Source of the DNA: an uncultured Chloroflexia bacterium
GTDB taxonomy: Bacteria; Chloroflexota; Limnocylindria; Limnocylindrales; CSP1-4
NCBI GenBank assembly: GCA_963755995.1
Contig: CAVWLQ010000003.1
Span: 836,734 to 900,733, forward strand
Reading direction: 5' to 3'
DNA length: 64,000 nt
A program made the position numbers and the translations under genes. The notes under the pieces are model-generated. The model made no database searches and had not been told where the DNA came from. It saw nothing but the letters and a program-made list of their open reading frames with translations. Shown here piece after piece: positions 27,140 to 36,305 of the stretch; positions within the stretch are counted from its first letter, which is position 1; every line of letters starts with the position of its first letter.

Positions 27140-27679
27140 TCAGCCCCTCGCGATCTCGTCGGCCAGCCGGTCGTAGCTGTCGAGCGCGCCGCCGATCATG
27201 CCCATCGCCAGCGCCCCTTCCAGGTCCTCCGCCGACGGGAAGCGCGTTCGGGCGATCACCTTGGTCCGACCGCCCAGGTCCTCGAGGACCATCGTTTCGA
27301 CGGCCGCCCGATCGTCGAACCCGGGCACGTCGAAGATGAACGTCCGCACGCTGCGGACGGGCGGGTCGACCTCCAGGTACTCGCCCCGGAACGGAGCGTC
27401 CTCGCCACCCGTCGTGTGGTTGATCCAGCGCCAGCGCCCACCCGGCCGGACGTCCATCTCCTCGACCGTCGTCGTGTAGCCCGTGGGTCCCCACCAGTGG
27501 GTCACTCGCTCGGGATCGTTCATGACCCGCCAGACGAGGTCCCGCGGGGCGTCGAAGATCCGCTCCATCACGAGATCCGCTCCGTCCGCGTAGGCCGTGG
27601 TCCGCTCGTTGCCGAGCTGCTGGATCGCCATGACATCCGCTCCTTCCAGTGCATCCGAACTATCGATCGTCACCGTCAT
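27140..27679 (-). CDS. SRPBCC-superfamily protein (AHSA1-like), third copy
   Basis: The sequence ...VMERIFDAPRDLVWRVMNDPERVTHWWGPTGYTT... matches the family. The start may be ATG 27631 rather than 27679, which overlaps the ArsR gene by 20 nt. Confidence 0.8.
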   Translation of the reverse strand: MTVTIDSSDALEGADVMAIQQLGNERTTAYADGADLVMERIFDAPRDLVWRVMNDPERVTHWWGPTGYTTTVEEMDVRPGGRWRWINHTTGGEDAPFRGEYLEVDPPVRSVRTFIFDVPGFDDRAAVETMVLEDLGGRTKVIARTRFPSAEDLEGALAMGMIGGALDSYDRLADEIARG

Positions 27680-28028
27680 CGCCGTTCTCCCCTTCCTCTT
27701 GCAGCTCCCGGAGGTAGTCGTCGAGGCGATCGAAGCTCGCCTCCCAATGCCGCCGGTATTGCCCCACCCAATCCGCGACGTCGCGCAACGGTCCGGCGCG
27801 CAGCCGGCGTGGCCGCCACTGCGCCTGGCGCCCCTGCTCGATCAGGCCGGCCCGCTCCAACACCCGCAGGTGCTTCGAGATCGCGGGCTGGGTCATGTCG
27901 AACGGCTCGGCCAGCTCCTTGACCGACGCCTCCCCAGCGGCCAGGCGCGCGAGGATCGCCCGTCGCGTCGGGTCGGCGAGGGCGGCGAAGGTGAGGCTGA
28001 GTGGGTCGGGTCGCTGCATGTCCATCAC
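27660..28028 (-). CDS. ArsR/SmtB-family transcriptional regulator, third copy
   Basis: The protein contains LTFAALADPTRRAILARLAAGEASVKELAEPFDMTQPAISKHLRVLERAGLI. Start is GTG 28028 or ATG 28025. Confidence 0.85.
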   Translation of the reverse strand: MMDMQRPDPLSLTFAALADPTRRAILARLAAGEASVKELAEPFDMTQPAISKHLRVLERAGLIEQGRQAQWRPRRLRAGPLRDVADWVGQYRRHWEASFDRLDDYLRELQEEGENGDDGDDR

Positions 28029-28033
28029 TGATT

Positions 28034-28045
28034 GGATATATAACC
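28034..28045. promoter_or_regulatory. AT-rich near-palindrome immediately upstream of the third arsR (candidate operator / -10 region)
   Basis: GGATATATAACC has one mismatch from the perfect palindrome GGTTATATAACC. It lies 6-8 nt upstream of the start codon and contains TATATA/TATATC -10-like hexamers. No convincing -35. Confidence 0.35.
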
Positions 28046-28226
28046 TGTCGGTACTGTACGGGCGGATGGAGTGCGTGTCAACCCCTGTCGACCTTCTCGG
28101 TCACGCCGAAATAACGGATACCTGTACCACCGGATACCGAACGCTCCCGATGGCAGCGGGCGCCTTTAGCCCGAGGCTATGCCCTACCCGATCACGCCAT
28201 CAAGACACGACGAACAGGACCCACCG

Positions 28227-28451
28227 ATGACCGACCATGCGACCGACCAGCGCCACCTCCCACACCGCACCTGGGCAAGCGGGGGCACCAAGCTCGCGAG
28301 GCTCGCCCCGGATCAGGCCCAGGCCGCGGGCGAGCTCGTCCGCGTCAGCCGCCGAAGCGGCCGCATCGGGCTCGCCGGGTCGACGCCCGAGAGCTTCGTC
28401 GGCTTCCTGCCGACCGCCTCGTCCTTCGGAGCCGTCGTCGCTTTCCGCTGA
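28227..28451 (+). CDS. hypothetical small protein (74 aa) or gene fragment
   Basis: The frame has nearly uniform G/C third positions ([41 protein letters not shown]...). The RBS is weak and no homology is recognised. Confidence 0.4.
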   Translation: MTDHATDQRHLPHRTWASGGTKLARLAPDQAQAAGELVRVSRRSGRIGLAGSTPESFVGFLPTASSFGAVVAFR

Positions 28452-28528
28452 ACACGACCATTCGGGCTGGTTCGCCAACACGCCTCGGCGCGACGTGCCC
28501 GGAACCCGGTCCGTGCGAACATGGCGGC

Positions 28529-28981
28529 ATGCCACTGTCGGGAACGTATGCACCCGGGTCATCCGCCTGGGCGCGCAAGCAGGCCGAGCGCTATGAGGCC
28601 TCGAATGGCGATGACGCCGCCGATCTTCGCGGCCGGCCGATCATCGTCCTGACGTCCGTCGGCGCGCGGACGGGCGCGTTGCGCAAGACGGCGCTGATGC
28701 GCGTCGAGCGCGACGGCGTCTACGCGGTCGTCGCCTCGCTCGGTGGCGCCGCCCACAACCCGGTCTGGTACCACAACCTCAAGGCCGATCCCCACGTCGA
28801 GCTGCAGGACGGCGCGACGACGCGGGACTACCTGGCGCGGGAGGTGACCGGCGACGAGAAGGCGCTCTGGTGGGCGCGGGCGGTGGAGACGTGGCCCGCC
28901 TACGACGCCTACCAGGCGAAGACGACCCGGCAGATCCCGGTCTTCGTGCTCGAGCCGATCGAGGTTGCCGATCCGTCGTGA
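28529..28981 (+). CDS. deazaflavin (F420H2)-dependent nitroreductase-family oxidoreductase (DDN-like)
   Basis: The protein contains [63 protein letters not shown]. The NP.WYHNL block is diagnostic for the PF04075 family. Confidence 0.85.
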   Translation: MPLSGTYAPGSSAWARKQAERYEASNGDDAADLRGRPIIVLTSVGARTGALRKTALMRVERDGVYAVVASLGGAAHNPVWYHNLKADPHVELQDGATTRDYLAREVTGDEKALWWARAVETWPAYDAYQAKTTRQIPVFVLEPIEVADPS

Positions 28982-29011
28982 CCTCGCCCGGCCTCGTGCC
29001 GGTCGAGCGTC

Positions 29012-29755
29012 CTACTGGAGGCGAAGCGTCCGCGCGTCGAGCTCGTACGGCAGGACGAGGACGTACATGCCGGCCAATGCGCTGCTGCCCCACGCGCTGT
29101 TGCCACGCCGCACGAACTGCCGCCCGACCTGCTTGACCGAGAGCGCCTGACCGGGCGCCGGGCTTGGTCCCCACACCGTCGAGCCGTGCGGGTACAGCGG
29201 ATCCTCGACGATGGCTGCCGTCACTCGGGCGCCCTTCGCGAACGGGTCTGCCGTCGCCCGGAACCCGCTCATGACCCAGGCATGGCGGCCGCGCCAGACG
29301 AGCAGGCCGACGGGCCGGCCCGTCGCCCGGATCGCACGGGCGGCGACGAGGAGTGCTTCGTCCAGCGAGGCCACGCCTGCGACCCGGTAGGGCCCGGCCC
29401 CGGCGAGGGTCAGGCCGGCCGCCCAGCCGGTCACGTTGGCGCCCTTGCGGAGCCGGCCGTCCGGACGGGCCGGGCTCCACGCCCGCGCGATCTTCTGGAG
29501 GCGGAGCTGGGTCGCGGCGCTCCGGTCGGCGCCCGGCACCAGCATGTTGAGCATCATCTGCATGCTCGCCCCGACGCACTGGACGTTGTTGGTCTGGGCG
29601 ACGAAGTCCCGGCGCGCCCCGAGGTCCACGGTGACCTGGCGCTGCGCGGCGGACGCCGGGACCGCGCTCAGCGCGATCGCCAGGAGACTAGCCGCCGCGA
29701 GGCCGATCGAGCGGCGGGCGACTCGTGGACGGCGTGGCATCCGTTCCCTCGGCAT
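29012..29755 (-). CDS. secreted papain-like / C39-like cysteine peptidase-fold protein (tentative)
   Basis: Signal peptide RRSIGLAAASLLAIALSAVPASA. Candidate catalytic Cys in NNVQCVGASMQMMLN and His in GRHAWVMSGF. Lies 24 nt downstream of the LAL regulator on the same strand. Confidence 0.5.
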   Translation of the reverse strand: MPRERMPRRPRVARRSIGLAAASLLAIALSAVPASAAQRQVTVDLGARRDFVAQTNNVQCVGASMQMMLNMLVPGADRSAATQLRLQKIARAWSPARPDGRLRKGANVTGWAAGLTLAGAGPYRVAGVASLDEALLVAARAIRATGRPVGLLVWRGRHAWVMSGFRATADPFAKGARVTAAIVEDPLYPHGSTVWGPSPAPGQALSVKQVGRQFVRRGNSAWGSSALAGMYVLVLPYELDARTLRLQ

Positions 29756-29779
29756 GGCCGGAGGATACGACGAAGTCGC

Positions 29780-32700
29780 CTAGGGGTCGATCCCGAGGCC
29801 CAGCCGGGCCGCGATGCCGGCCGCCTCCGTGCGCGTCGACGCGCCCAGCTTGCCCAGGATGTTCGAGACGTGGACACCGGCCGTGTTCTCGCTGATGAAC
29901 AGCTCGTCGGCGATCTGCCGGTTGGTCCGGCCGCGGACCAGGAGAGGCAGCACGTCCCGCTCACGGCGGGTCAGCCCGAATGGGTTGCCGTCCGGCTCGA
30001 GCGTGGCGGGTACCGGATCCGCCGCGCCCGTCTCGGCGAGGTCGAGGCGGGACCTGGCGGCCAACGCCTCGATCGACTCACGCAGCGGCGTCGCACCGAG
30101 GCCCTCGGCGATGGCGTGCGCCCCGCGTGCGGCGATCCCTGCTCCGGCCCGGTCGCCGTCGCCGAGCAGGGCCTCGGCCTCGCGCCACCGGCAATAGGCC
30201 ACGAGGTACGGGTTCTCGCGGCTCCGCCACCGATCGGCGGCCGCGCGCCACGCCGCGACCGCCGGCCGGCGCTCCAGGCGCGCCCGTTCCGCCTCGACCG
30301 TCGCCACCTCGGCCGCCGTCTCGCTCACGGTGTCGCCGTCGATGTCGGCCATACCCGGGATGAGCTCGAGGGATCGCCAGAGGTCCGTCCCGGCGTCGAT
30401 GGCCTCCCGCTCACTCGCGCGGTTCCGGCGCGCACGCTCGACCTCCGCCATGTCCGCGACGGCCCGCATGCCGACCCGGTATAGCCGCAGGTGATAGCGC
30501 GGCCACTCCGACCGCAGGATCTCGTCCAACCCCTGCCGGATGGACGCGAGGGCCTTCTCCGGCTCGCCGCGCCACAGGGCGGCTTCGGCGATGGACAGGC
30601 GATACGGCGAGTGGAACTGGGCTTCGACGGGAACGCCCTCGAGCAGGATCCGCAGCTCGTCCAGCCCGGCGTCCACGCGGTCGTCGCCCTCGGCGACCAG
30701 CAGCGGCAGCCACCGCGTCAGGCCGTAGCGCCGCTGCGGCCGGCTCACCGGCTGGCTGGAGATGACGGCTTCGGCCAGCGCGTCGGCCTCCTGCCACAGG
30801 CCCAGGTCGAACGCGTACGAGACGCCGTTCGCGCCGATGAACGTCCCGTATGTCCGGGCCAGGCCGATCTCCTCGGCGGCACGCACGCCGGCGCGGGCGA
30901 CCTCGAGGCCGCCACGGACGTCGCCGCAGACACGATGGGCCTCGGCAAGGTTGTTGTATGCGCGACCGATGTCGTCGGCGTTGGCTACCTCCCGGGCGAT
31001 CGCGAGTGCGGCCTCCAGCTGTGCGAAGCCCTCCTCGCACCGACCGCCCACCGCCACGTCCAGGCCGTAGGTGTTGAGGGCGTGGCCCTCGACCTGGCGC
31101 GCGCCCACGTCACGGGCGATGTCCACGGCGCGCTTGCACAGGACCGTCGATTCGGACCAGCGGTCCAGCAGCATCAGGATCTGGCCGTAGCCGGAGAGGA
31201 CCCGCGCCAGCTCGGCGGTCGGTGGCTCGGCCGGCATGATCCGTACGGCTGCCTCGTGCGCCTCGAGCGCCGCCTCCGTCTCGGCGTTGACCCACAGCGC
31301 GCGGCCGAGACGCTCCATCATGCTGCCGACGCGGATCGGATCGGCGTCCGGGCCGAGTGCGGCGATGGCCTCCCGGCGGAGGGCCACGGATCGCCGGGCG
31401 TCGCCGGCCAGCCAGGCGGCCACGGCGGCCCGGTCGAGCAGCTCGACCCGATCGAACCCGGCCAGGTCCTCGGGCCCGTCGACGCGCGTCCAGAGCTCGA
31501 GCGCCCGTTCGTCGTGCCGCCGGGCGTCGGCGAACGCGAATGCGCGGGCCGCGGCGTCGCCGGCCCGGATCGAGGCGTCGAAGGCCTGCCGGTCGTCCCG
31601 CGCCGCGGACCAGTGGTAGGCCAGCTCCGCCCAGTGACCGGCGGCGATCGCGCCGCTTCCCGGACCGCGTTCGGCGAGGGCCTGGGCGAAGGCCATGTGG
31701 AGCGCGAGGCGCTCGCCCGGGAGCAGGTCGTCGTACGCCGCCTCCTGGAGCAGCGCGTGGCGGAACGCGTAGTCGCCATCGCCGCCCGCCTCGTTCGTGC
31801 TCGTGACGAGGACCTGGCTGGCGACCGCCGTGCGAAGCCCATCGAGCAGGTCGTGCTCATCCATGCCGGCCACCTTCGCAAGGAGCCCGTGATCCACCCG
31901 CCGGCCCGCCACGGCCGCGACGCCGATGACGGTCTGGGCGCGCTCGGGCATGGACGAGATGCGCGCCAGGAGGACCTCCCGCAGCGTCGGCGGGAGCGGG
32001 CCGCCGGCGCCGTCGTCGCCGGCCATGAGCAGCTCCTCGATGAAGAACGGGTTGCCGTCCGATCGGCGATGGATCCGCTCGCTCAGGTCGCCCGACGGGG
32101 GCGCGCCCAGGATCGCCTCGAGCAGCTGCCGCGTGTCGGCCGGATCGAGGCGTTCGAGGTCGATCCGTTCCACCCGGCCGCTGCGGTCGAGCTCCGCGAG
32201 CCACGGCAGGAGCGGGTGACGGCGGTGCAGCTCGTCCGCCCGGAAGGTCATGACCAGCACGATCCGATCCGTCCGGACGTGACGGACCAGGAACGCGACG
32301 GTCTCCCTGGTCGCGGGATCGGCCCAGTGCAGGTCCTCGACGACGAGGAGGACCGGGGAGATCGCCGACAGGCGCTGGAGCAGCGTCAGGACCGCGTCGA
32401 GCAGGCGGGCCTGGAGCGATTCGCTCTGGGTCGTGCGATCGGCGGCGATGGCCGGCCCGAGGGCCGGCACGAGGTGGGCGAGATCGGTCCGCGCGGAGCC
32501 GACGACCGTCTCGAGCTCGTCCGGATCCAGCTCCTGGGCGAGCGTGCGCAGGGCCTCGACGAACGGCGCGTACGGGACGCTCCCGTCGCCGACGTTGGCG
32601 CAGCCCCCGATGAGGACGCGCATCCCGCGCGCCGACGCCATCGACGCGACCTCGGCGACCAGCCGTGACTTGCCGACGCCGGCCTCGCCGGCGATGAGCT

Positions 32701-32836
32701 GGTGGATGGGTGACCCGGCGATGGCGCGATCGAGCGCGCGGCCCATCGCGGCCTGCTCGGTCGCGCGTCCCACGAGCGTCGGACTGACGAGGCGGCGCGA
32801 CATCGCCCGATGATACGGGCTGGTCGTGAGGGTCAT
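29780..32836 (-). CDS. LAL-type (large ATP-binding LuxR-family) transcriptional regulator
   Basis: 1018 aa. N-terminal AAA/NTPase with Walker A GEAGVGKSRL, a long TPR-like helical middle, and a C-terminal LuxR HTH (LTRRERDVLPLLVRGRTNRQIADELFISENTAGVHVSNILGKLG). Confidence 0.9.
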   Translation of the reverse strand: MTLTTSPYHRAMSRRLVSPTLVGRATEQAAMGRALDRAIAGSPIHQLIAGEAGVGKSRLVAEVASMASARGMRVLIGGCANVGDGSVPYAPFVEALRTLAQELDPDELETVVGSARTDLAHLVPALGPAIAADRTTQSESLQARLLDAVLTLLQRLSAISPVLLVVEDLHWADPATRETVAFLVRHVRTDRIVLVMTFRADELHRRHPLLPWLAELDRSGRVERIDLERLDPADTRQLLEAILGAPPSGDLSERIHRRSDGNPFFIEELLMAGDDGAGGPLPPTLREVLLARISSMPERAQTVIGVAAVAGRRVDHGLLAKVAGMDEHDLLDGLRTAVASQVLVTSTNEAGGDGDYAFRHALLQEAAYDDLLPGERLALHMAFAQALAERGPGSGAIAAGHWAELAYHWSAARDDRQAFDASIRAGDAAARAFAFADARRHDERALELWTRVDGPEDLAGFDRVELLDRAAVAAWLAGDARRSVALRREAIAALGPDADPIRVGSMMERLGRALWVNAETEAALEAHEAAVRIMPAEPPTAELARVLSGYGQILMLLDRWSESTVLCKRAVDIARDVGARQVEGHALNTYGLDVAVGGRCEEGFAQLEAALAIAREVANADDIGRAYNNLAEAHRVCGDVRGGLEVARAGVRAAEEIGLARTYGTFIGANGVSYAFDLGLWQEADALAEAVISSQPVSRPQRRYGLTRWLPLLVAEGDDRVDAGLDELRILLEGVPVEAQFHSPYRLSIAEAALWRGEPEKALASIRQGLDEILRSEWPRYHLRLYRVGMRAVADMAEVERARRNRASEREAIDAGTDLWRSLELIPGMADIDGDTVSETAAEVATVEAERARLERRPAVAAWRAAADRWRSRENPYLVAYCRWREAEALLGDGDRAGAGIAARGAHAIAEGLGATPLRESIEALAARSRLDLAETGAADPVPATLEPDGNPFGLTRRERDVLPLLVRGRTNRQIADELFISENTAGVHVSNILGKLGASTRTEAAGIAARLGLGIDP

Positions 32837-32872
32837 CGGCTCGTGGTCAGGATCACCGGCCTGGTCCGGCGA

Positions 32873-33055
32873 TCAGACACCCGCGCCGCGACCGGTCAGG
32901 TGGAGCCGGCCGGTCAGCCAGCCGAATGGGCGTCGGGCTGCGTGCGGGCGCGCAGTCCCCGCTCGGAGCGGCGCGACCAGGCGTTCGGCGTCTGCGTCGG
33001 CCTGGAAGGCGTCGAAGCGGTCCTTGGCAGTCAGGGTGGCAAGCATGAGGTTCAT
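32873..33055 (-). CDS. possible small protein (60 aa)
   Basis: Internal ATG 33055 with GGAG 8 nt upstream and high GC3 (MNLMLATLTAKDRFDAFQADADAERLV...). A 7-bp hairpin (33075-33091) lies just upstream. No homology recognised. Confidence 0.35.
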   Translation of the reverse strand: MNLMLATLTAKDRFDAFQADADAERLVAPLRAGTARPHAARRPFGWLTGRLHLTGRGAGV

Positions 33056-33222
33056 CGCGGTGGCTCCGTCCGTGTGGCTCGAGGTTCGAGCCGAGGACAT
33101 GAGCATGTCGCGCGCCGGCCGCGCTGCCATCGGGAGAGTCCACCATCCCGCGGCCGTCCCGGCCGTCATTTGCGGGTCGGACGCCGTTAGGGCCCGCACG
33201 GGCCCCCGTTAGGCCCGCGGGA

Positions 33223-34572
33223 TCAGGTGCGCTTGAAGGTCGTCGTCGACGATCGGTTGACGCTGCCCGACTGCGTCGTGGCCCTCACCGAGACCTTGCC
33301 CTTCGGCGTCGCCGCCGTGATCGGCAACGTGGTCAGGGCCTTGCCCTTCGCGTCGGTGAGACCGGTCGTCGTGAGCTTCGAGCCGTTGGAGAACGTCCAC
33401 GTCCAGGTGACCTTGAGGTTGGCCACCCCTCGGCCCGTCGAGCTGCGCGCGAGCGAGGCGACGCGGAGGGTCTGGCCGGGGTGCACGGTGGTGTCGTTCA
33501 CCCACGACTTGAAGCCGGCCGAGCCCGCGGCCAGCCGTCGGGTTGCCATGAACCGCTTGATCGGCGTCTTGGTGACCGCCCCGGTCTTCACCGTGATCTT
33601 GACGTCCCGCCAGTGACCGATCGGGCTGGCTCCGACGCTGCCGTAGGCAGTCACGTGTCCGTCGGCGGTCGTGTAGCGCCGGAGCAGGGTCGTGCCACCG
33701 GTCGCCTTCGGGAACGCGATGTCGACCCGGACCCCCTCGAGCGGGTGGCCGGCGGCGTCCTTGACCGCGACGTAGACCGTCTCGGTCGTGCTCTGGGCGA
33801 CGTAGGTGTACTTGAGGCGAACGCTGACCGACGCGGCCGGGGCGGCATCGCCGACGCCCTGGTCGATGGAATAGAGCAGGTCGGCGAGATCGGACGATGC
33901 CCGCTTCAGCAGGGCGCCGGTGATCGCCTTGACCCGCGTGTTGAGGACCGTCTCGTTGGCATGGAACTCGCGGTAGAGCTCCGGGTAGTACCTGCGCGAA
34001 AAGGCGGCTGCGGCGATGGCCGCCGTCCGCACGTCGGCCACGGCGTGGGGCGAACGATCGGGCGTCATCCAGGCCGGCGACATGTCGGCGTTCTTCGCCA
34101 GGAGGTCGACGAGAAGCTCGTAGCGACGGTGCGACGTGTCCCGATCGACCGCCGCGTAGTTCGTGTGATACGGCTGGGTGATGTCGCCGTAGTAGTGCGC
34201 CATCCAGCCGAACGCCATCGACGCGGTGTGATCGTCGCCCGCCTGGTGGGCGACGAGAGCCTGGTGGTAGAACTCGGTGATCCGGTCGACCGCGCCCCGA
34301 CCATAGCCCTTCTCGTTGAACACGTGCTCATTGGTCGCATAGAAGACCTTGTCCGGGTCGTCGCTCGCGAGCAGGGCGGTCTCGACCTCGAACCACGCCG
34401 GCGGGCTGGCCCCGAAGACCTTCATGGCCGAGGTGATGATCCAGTCGTGGGTCCCGAAGCCGTTGCCACCGTCGCCCCCGTTGGCCCACGCGAAGACGGA
34501 ACCGGACATGCCCACGAGGAGCATCGCGCTGAGAGCGAGCGAGACGAGGGGACGGGCGACGGATCGACGCAC
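33223..34572 (-). CDS. secreted zinc-dependent phospholipase C / S1-P1 nuclease-fold protein with C-terminal Ig-like (Big-type) repeats
   Basis: GTG 34572 (GGGAG upstream) gives the signal peptide VRRSVARPLVSLALSAMLLVGMSGSVFAWA. Motifs GTHDWI, DDPD, H..NEKG and AHYYGDITQPYHT fit the zinc PLC fold. The last ~200 aa are two beta-rich repeats. Confidence 0.65.
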   Translation of the reverse strand: MRRSVARPLVSLALSAMLLVGMSGSVFAWANGGDGGNGFGTHDWIITSAMKVFGASPPAWFEVETALLASDDPDKVFYATNEHVFNEKGYGRGAVDRITEFYHQALVAHQAGDDHTASMAFGWMAHYYGDITQPYHTNYAAVDRDTSHRRYELLVDLLAKNADMSPAWMTPDRSPHAVADVRTAAIAAAAFSRRYYPELYREFHANETVLNTRVKAITGALLKRASSDLADLLYSIDQGVGDAAPAASVSVRLKYTYVAQSTTETVYVAVKDAAGHPLEGVRVDIAFPKATGGTTLLRRYTTADGHVTAYGSVGASPIGHWRDVKITVKTGAVTKTPIKRFMATRRLAAGSAGFKSWVNDTTVHPGQTLRVASLARSSTGRGVANLKVTWTWTFSNGSKLTTTGLTDAKGKALTTLPITAATPKGKVSVRATTQSGSVNRSSTTTFKRT

Positions 34573-34770
34573 GATGTGGTGACTCCCAGGCAGTAGCGAC
34601 GGTCGTTCGATCCTCGCCGACCGAGCGCCGTCCGCACACCCACCGGGTGGTCCCAGCCACGCGGCGGCGAATGACCCAGTGTCGACGTGCACCGGTCGAG
34701 CTCGATGCGATGCCGTCGTCGCGCTCCCGGCCGCCGGCGTTCCGCGGATCGCGGGTCTCCCGACCACAAT

Positions 34771-34792
34771 AGGCGGGTGACGTCACCCGCCT
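34771..34792. promoter_or_regulatory. perfect 22-bp palindrome in a divergent intergenic region (candidate operator)
   Basis: AGGCGGGTGACGTCACCCGCCT lies 63 nt upstream of ATG 34855 and is immediately preceded by CACAAT. Confidence 0.4.
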
Positions 34793-34854
34793 CGTCCGAG
34801 CCTTCCTCCGACCAGCCCGCGGAGACCCCCGCCGCCACATCGAGCCCGCCGACG

Positions 34855-35478
34855 ATGGCCGACGTCGCATGGATCGCCGCGATCTCGGTGGTCAAGGCGA
34901 CCATCGTCGCCCTGGCGATCGACGCCTTCGTCAACTCGACCTCCCCGCGCTTCCGCGGCAAGGCGATGCGCGTCCGGGCCATCGGCTACACGGGCGCGCT
35001 GCTCGTGGTGCCGGTCGCCTGGCGGGTCCGCGGTCGCGACGACGCGTACCCGCGCGAGCTGGACCTGCTCGTCGCGCTGCCGCTCCTGGCCGACGCGGCC
35101 GGGAACGCCGTGGGAATCTACGACCGGGCCCACGTCGACGACGCGATCCACTTCGCCAACGGGGCGCTCCTGAGCTCGGTCGTCGGTGCGCTGGCGACCC
35201 CCCGGACCCGGACGTCCTGGGAGGCGGCCGGGTCGGCGGCCGCGGTCGGGGTGGCCGCGGCGGCCGGCTGGGAGATCTTCGAGTGGACCGCGTCGAAGCT
35301 CGGGGCGCGCGGCATGAACCTGTCCTACGACGACACCATGGCCGACCTCATCGAGACGAGCGCGGGGGCGCTCCTGGGCGGGCTCGTGACGCTCCTTCGC
35401 CACCCGGCCCGCCTCAGGCGGGTGCCCGGCCGTGCCGGCGACCGGATCATCGGGAAGGGATCGCGCGGCGTCGGCTGA
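34855..35478 (+). CDS. integral membrane hypothetical protein
   Basis: Internal ATG 34855 (MADVAWIAAISVVKATIVALAIDAF...). 207 aa with 4-5 hydrophobic helices. Confidence 0.6.
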   Translation: MADVAWIAAISVVKATIVALAIDAFVNSTSPRFRGKAMRVRAIGYTGALLVVPVAWRVRGRDDAYPRELDLLVALPLLADAAGNAVGIYDRAHVDDAIHFANGALLSSVVGALATPRTRTSWEAAGSAAAVGVAAAAGWEIFEWTASKLGARGMNLSYDDTMADLIETSAGALLGGLVTLLRHPARLRRVPGRAGDRIIGKGSRGVG

Positions 35479-36274
35479 TCGACCGTCCCGAACGCCGCTG
35501 GTACCGCTGGACCTGCGGTTCCTCGGCCACGCCACGGTGCTGCTGGAGATGGCCGGCATGCGGGTCCTCACCGACCCGTTCCTCCGGCCGGGGCTTGGCC
35601 CGCTCGAGCGGCACGGTCCCATCCCCGACCCGCGGGACCTCGACGGCATCGACGTCGTCGTCGTCTCGCACGGGCATCCGGATCATCTCGACCCCGCCTC
35701 CCTTGCTGCGATCCCAGGCCGTCCGCTGGTCGTCGTGCCGCGCGGTCTCGGCCGGACCGCCCGCGCAGCGACGGGTGGCGATGTCGCCGAGGTCGTCGAG
35801 GGCGATCGGCTGGCCATCGGCCCGCTGTCGATCACGGCCGTGCCGGCTCGCCATTGGGTCTCGCCGGGCGCCCCGCGGGCGCAGCCGCTCGGCTACCTGA
35901 TCGAGGGCGGCGGGCGGGTGTGGTTCGCAGGCGACACCGCCCGCTTCGACGACATGCGTGCCCTGGCCGGCCGAGTCGACCTCGCCCTGTTGCCCGTCTG
36001 GACCTGGGGTCCCCACCTCGGTCCTGGCCATCTCGGCCCGCGGTCGGCCGCCGAGGTGCTGGGCCAGGTCGGGCCGTCGGTCGCCGTGCCGATCCACTGG
36101 GGCACGCTCTATCCACGGCGCCTGCACCGGCTCTGGCCGGGGCCGCTGGCCGAGCCTGGCGACCGCTTCGCGGGCCACGCCGCTCGCCTGGCGCCCGACG
36201 TGGACGTGCGCGTGCTGCGGCCCGGCGAGCGGACGTCGATCGTGCTGCCGGCCGCCCGGCGGGATCGGTCCTAG
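35432..36274 (+). CDS. MBL-fold metallo-hydrolase
   Basis: The protein contains LRFLGHATVLLEMAGMRVLTDP...VVVSHGHPDHLD (HxHxDH motif)...AGDT...PIHWGT. The GTG 35432 start overlaps the previous gene by 47 nt, so the start is uncertain. Confidence 0.8.
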   Translation: MPATGSSGRDRAASADRPSRTPLVPLDLRFLGHATVLLEMAGMRVLTDPFLRPGLGPLERHGPIPDPRDLDGIDVVVVSHGHPDHLDPASLAAIPGRPLVVVPRGLGRTARAATGGDVAEVVEGDRLAIGPLSITAVPARHWVSPGAPRAQPLGYLIEGGGRVWFAGDTARFDDMRALAGRVDLALLPVWTWGPHLGPGHLGPRSAAEVLGQVGPSVAVPIHWGTLYPRRLHRLWPGPLAEPGDRFAGHAARLAPDVDVRVLRPGERTSIVLPAARRDRS

Positions 36275-36305
36275 ACTTTCATCGACACATGTGCTCGGAG
36301 GCGTC

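Noticed and set aside
28100-28135. Direct repeat CGGATACC...CGGATACC and other short repeats in the 500-bp gap upstream of the third arsR.
   Set aside because: These are 8-mers only and could arise by chance. There is no clear relation to a promoter or ORF.
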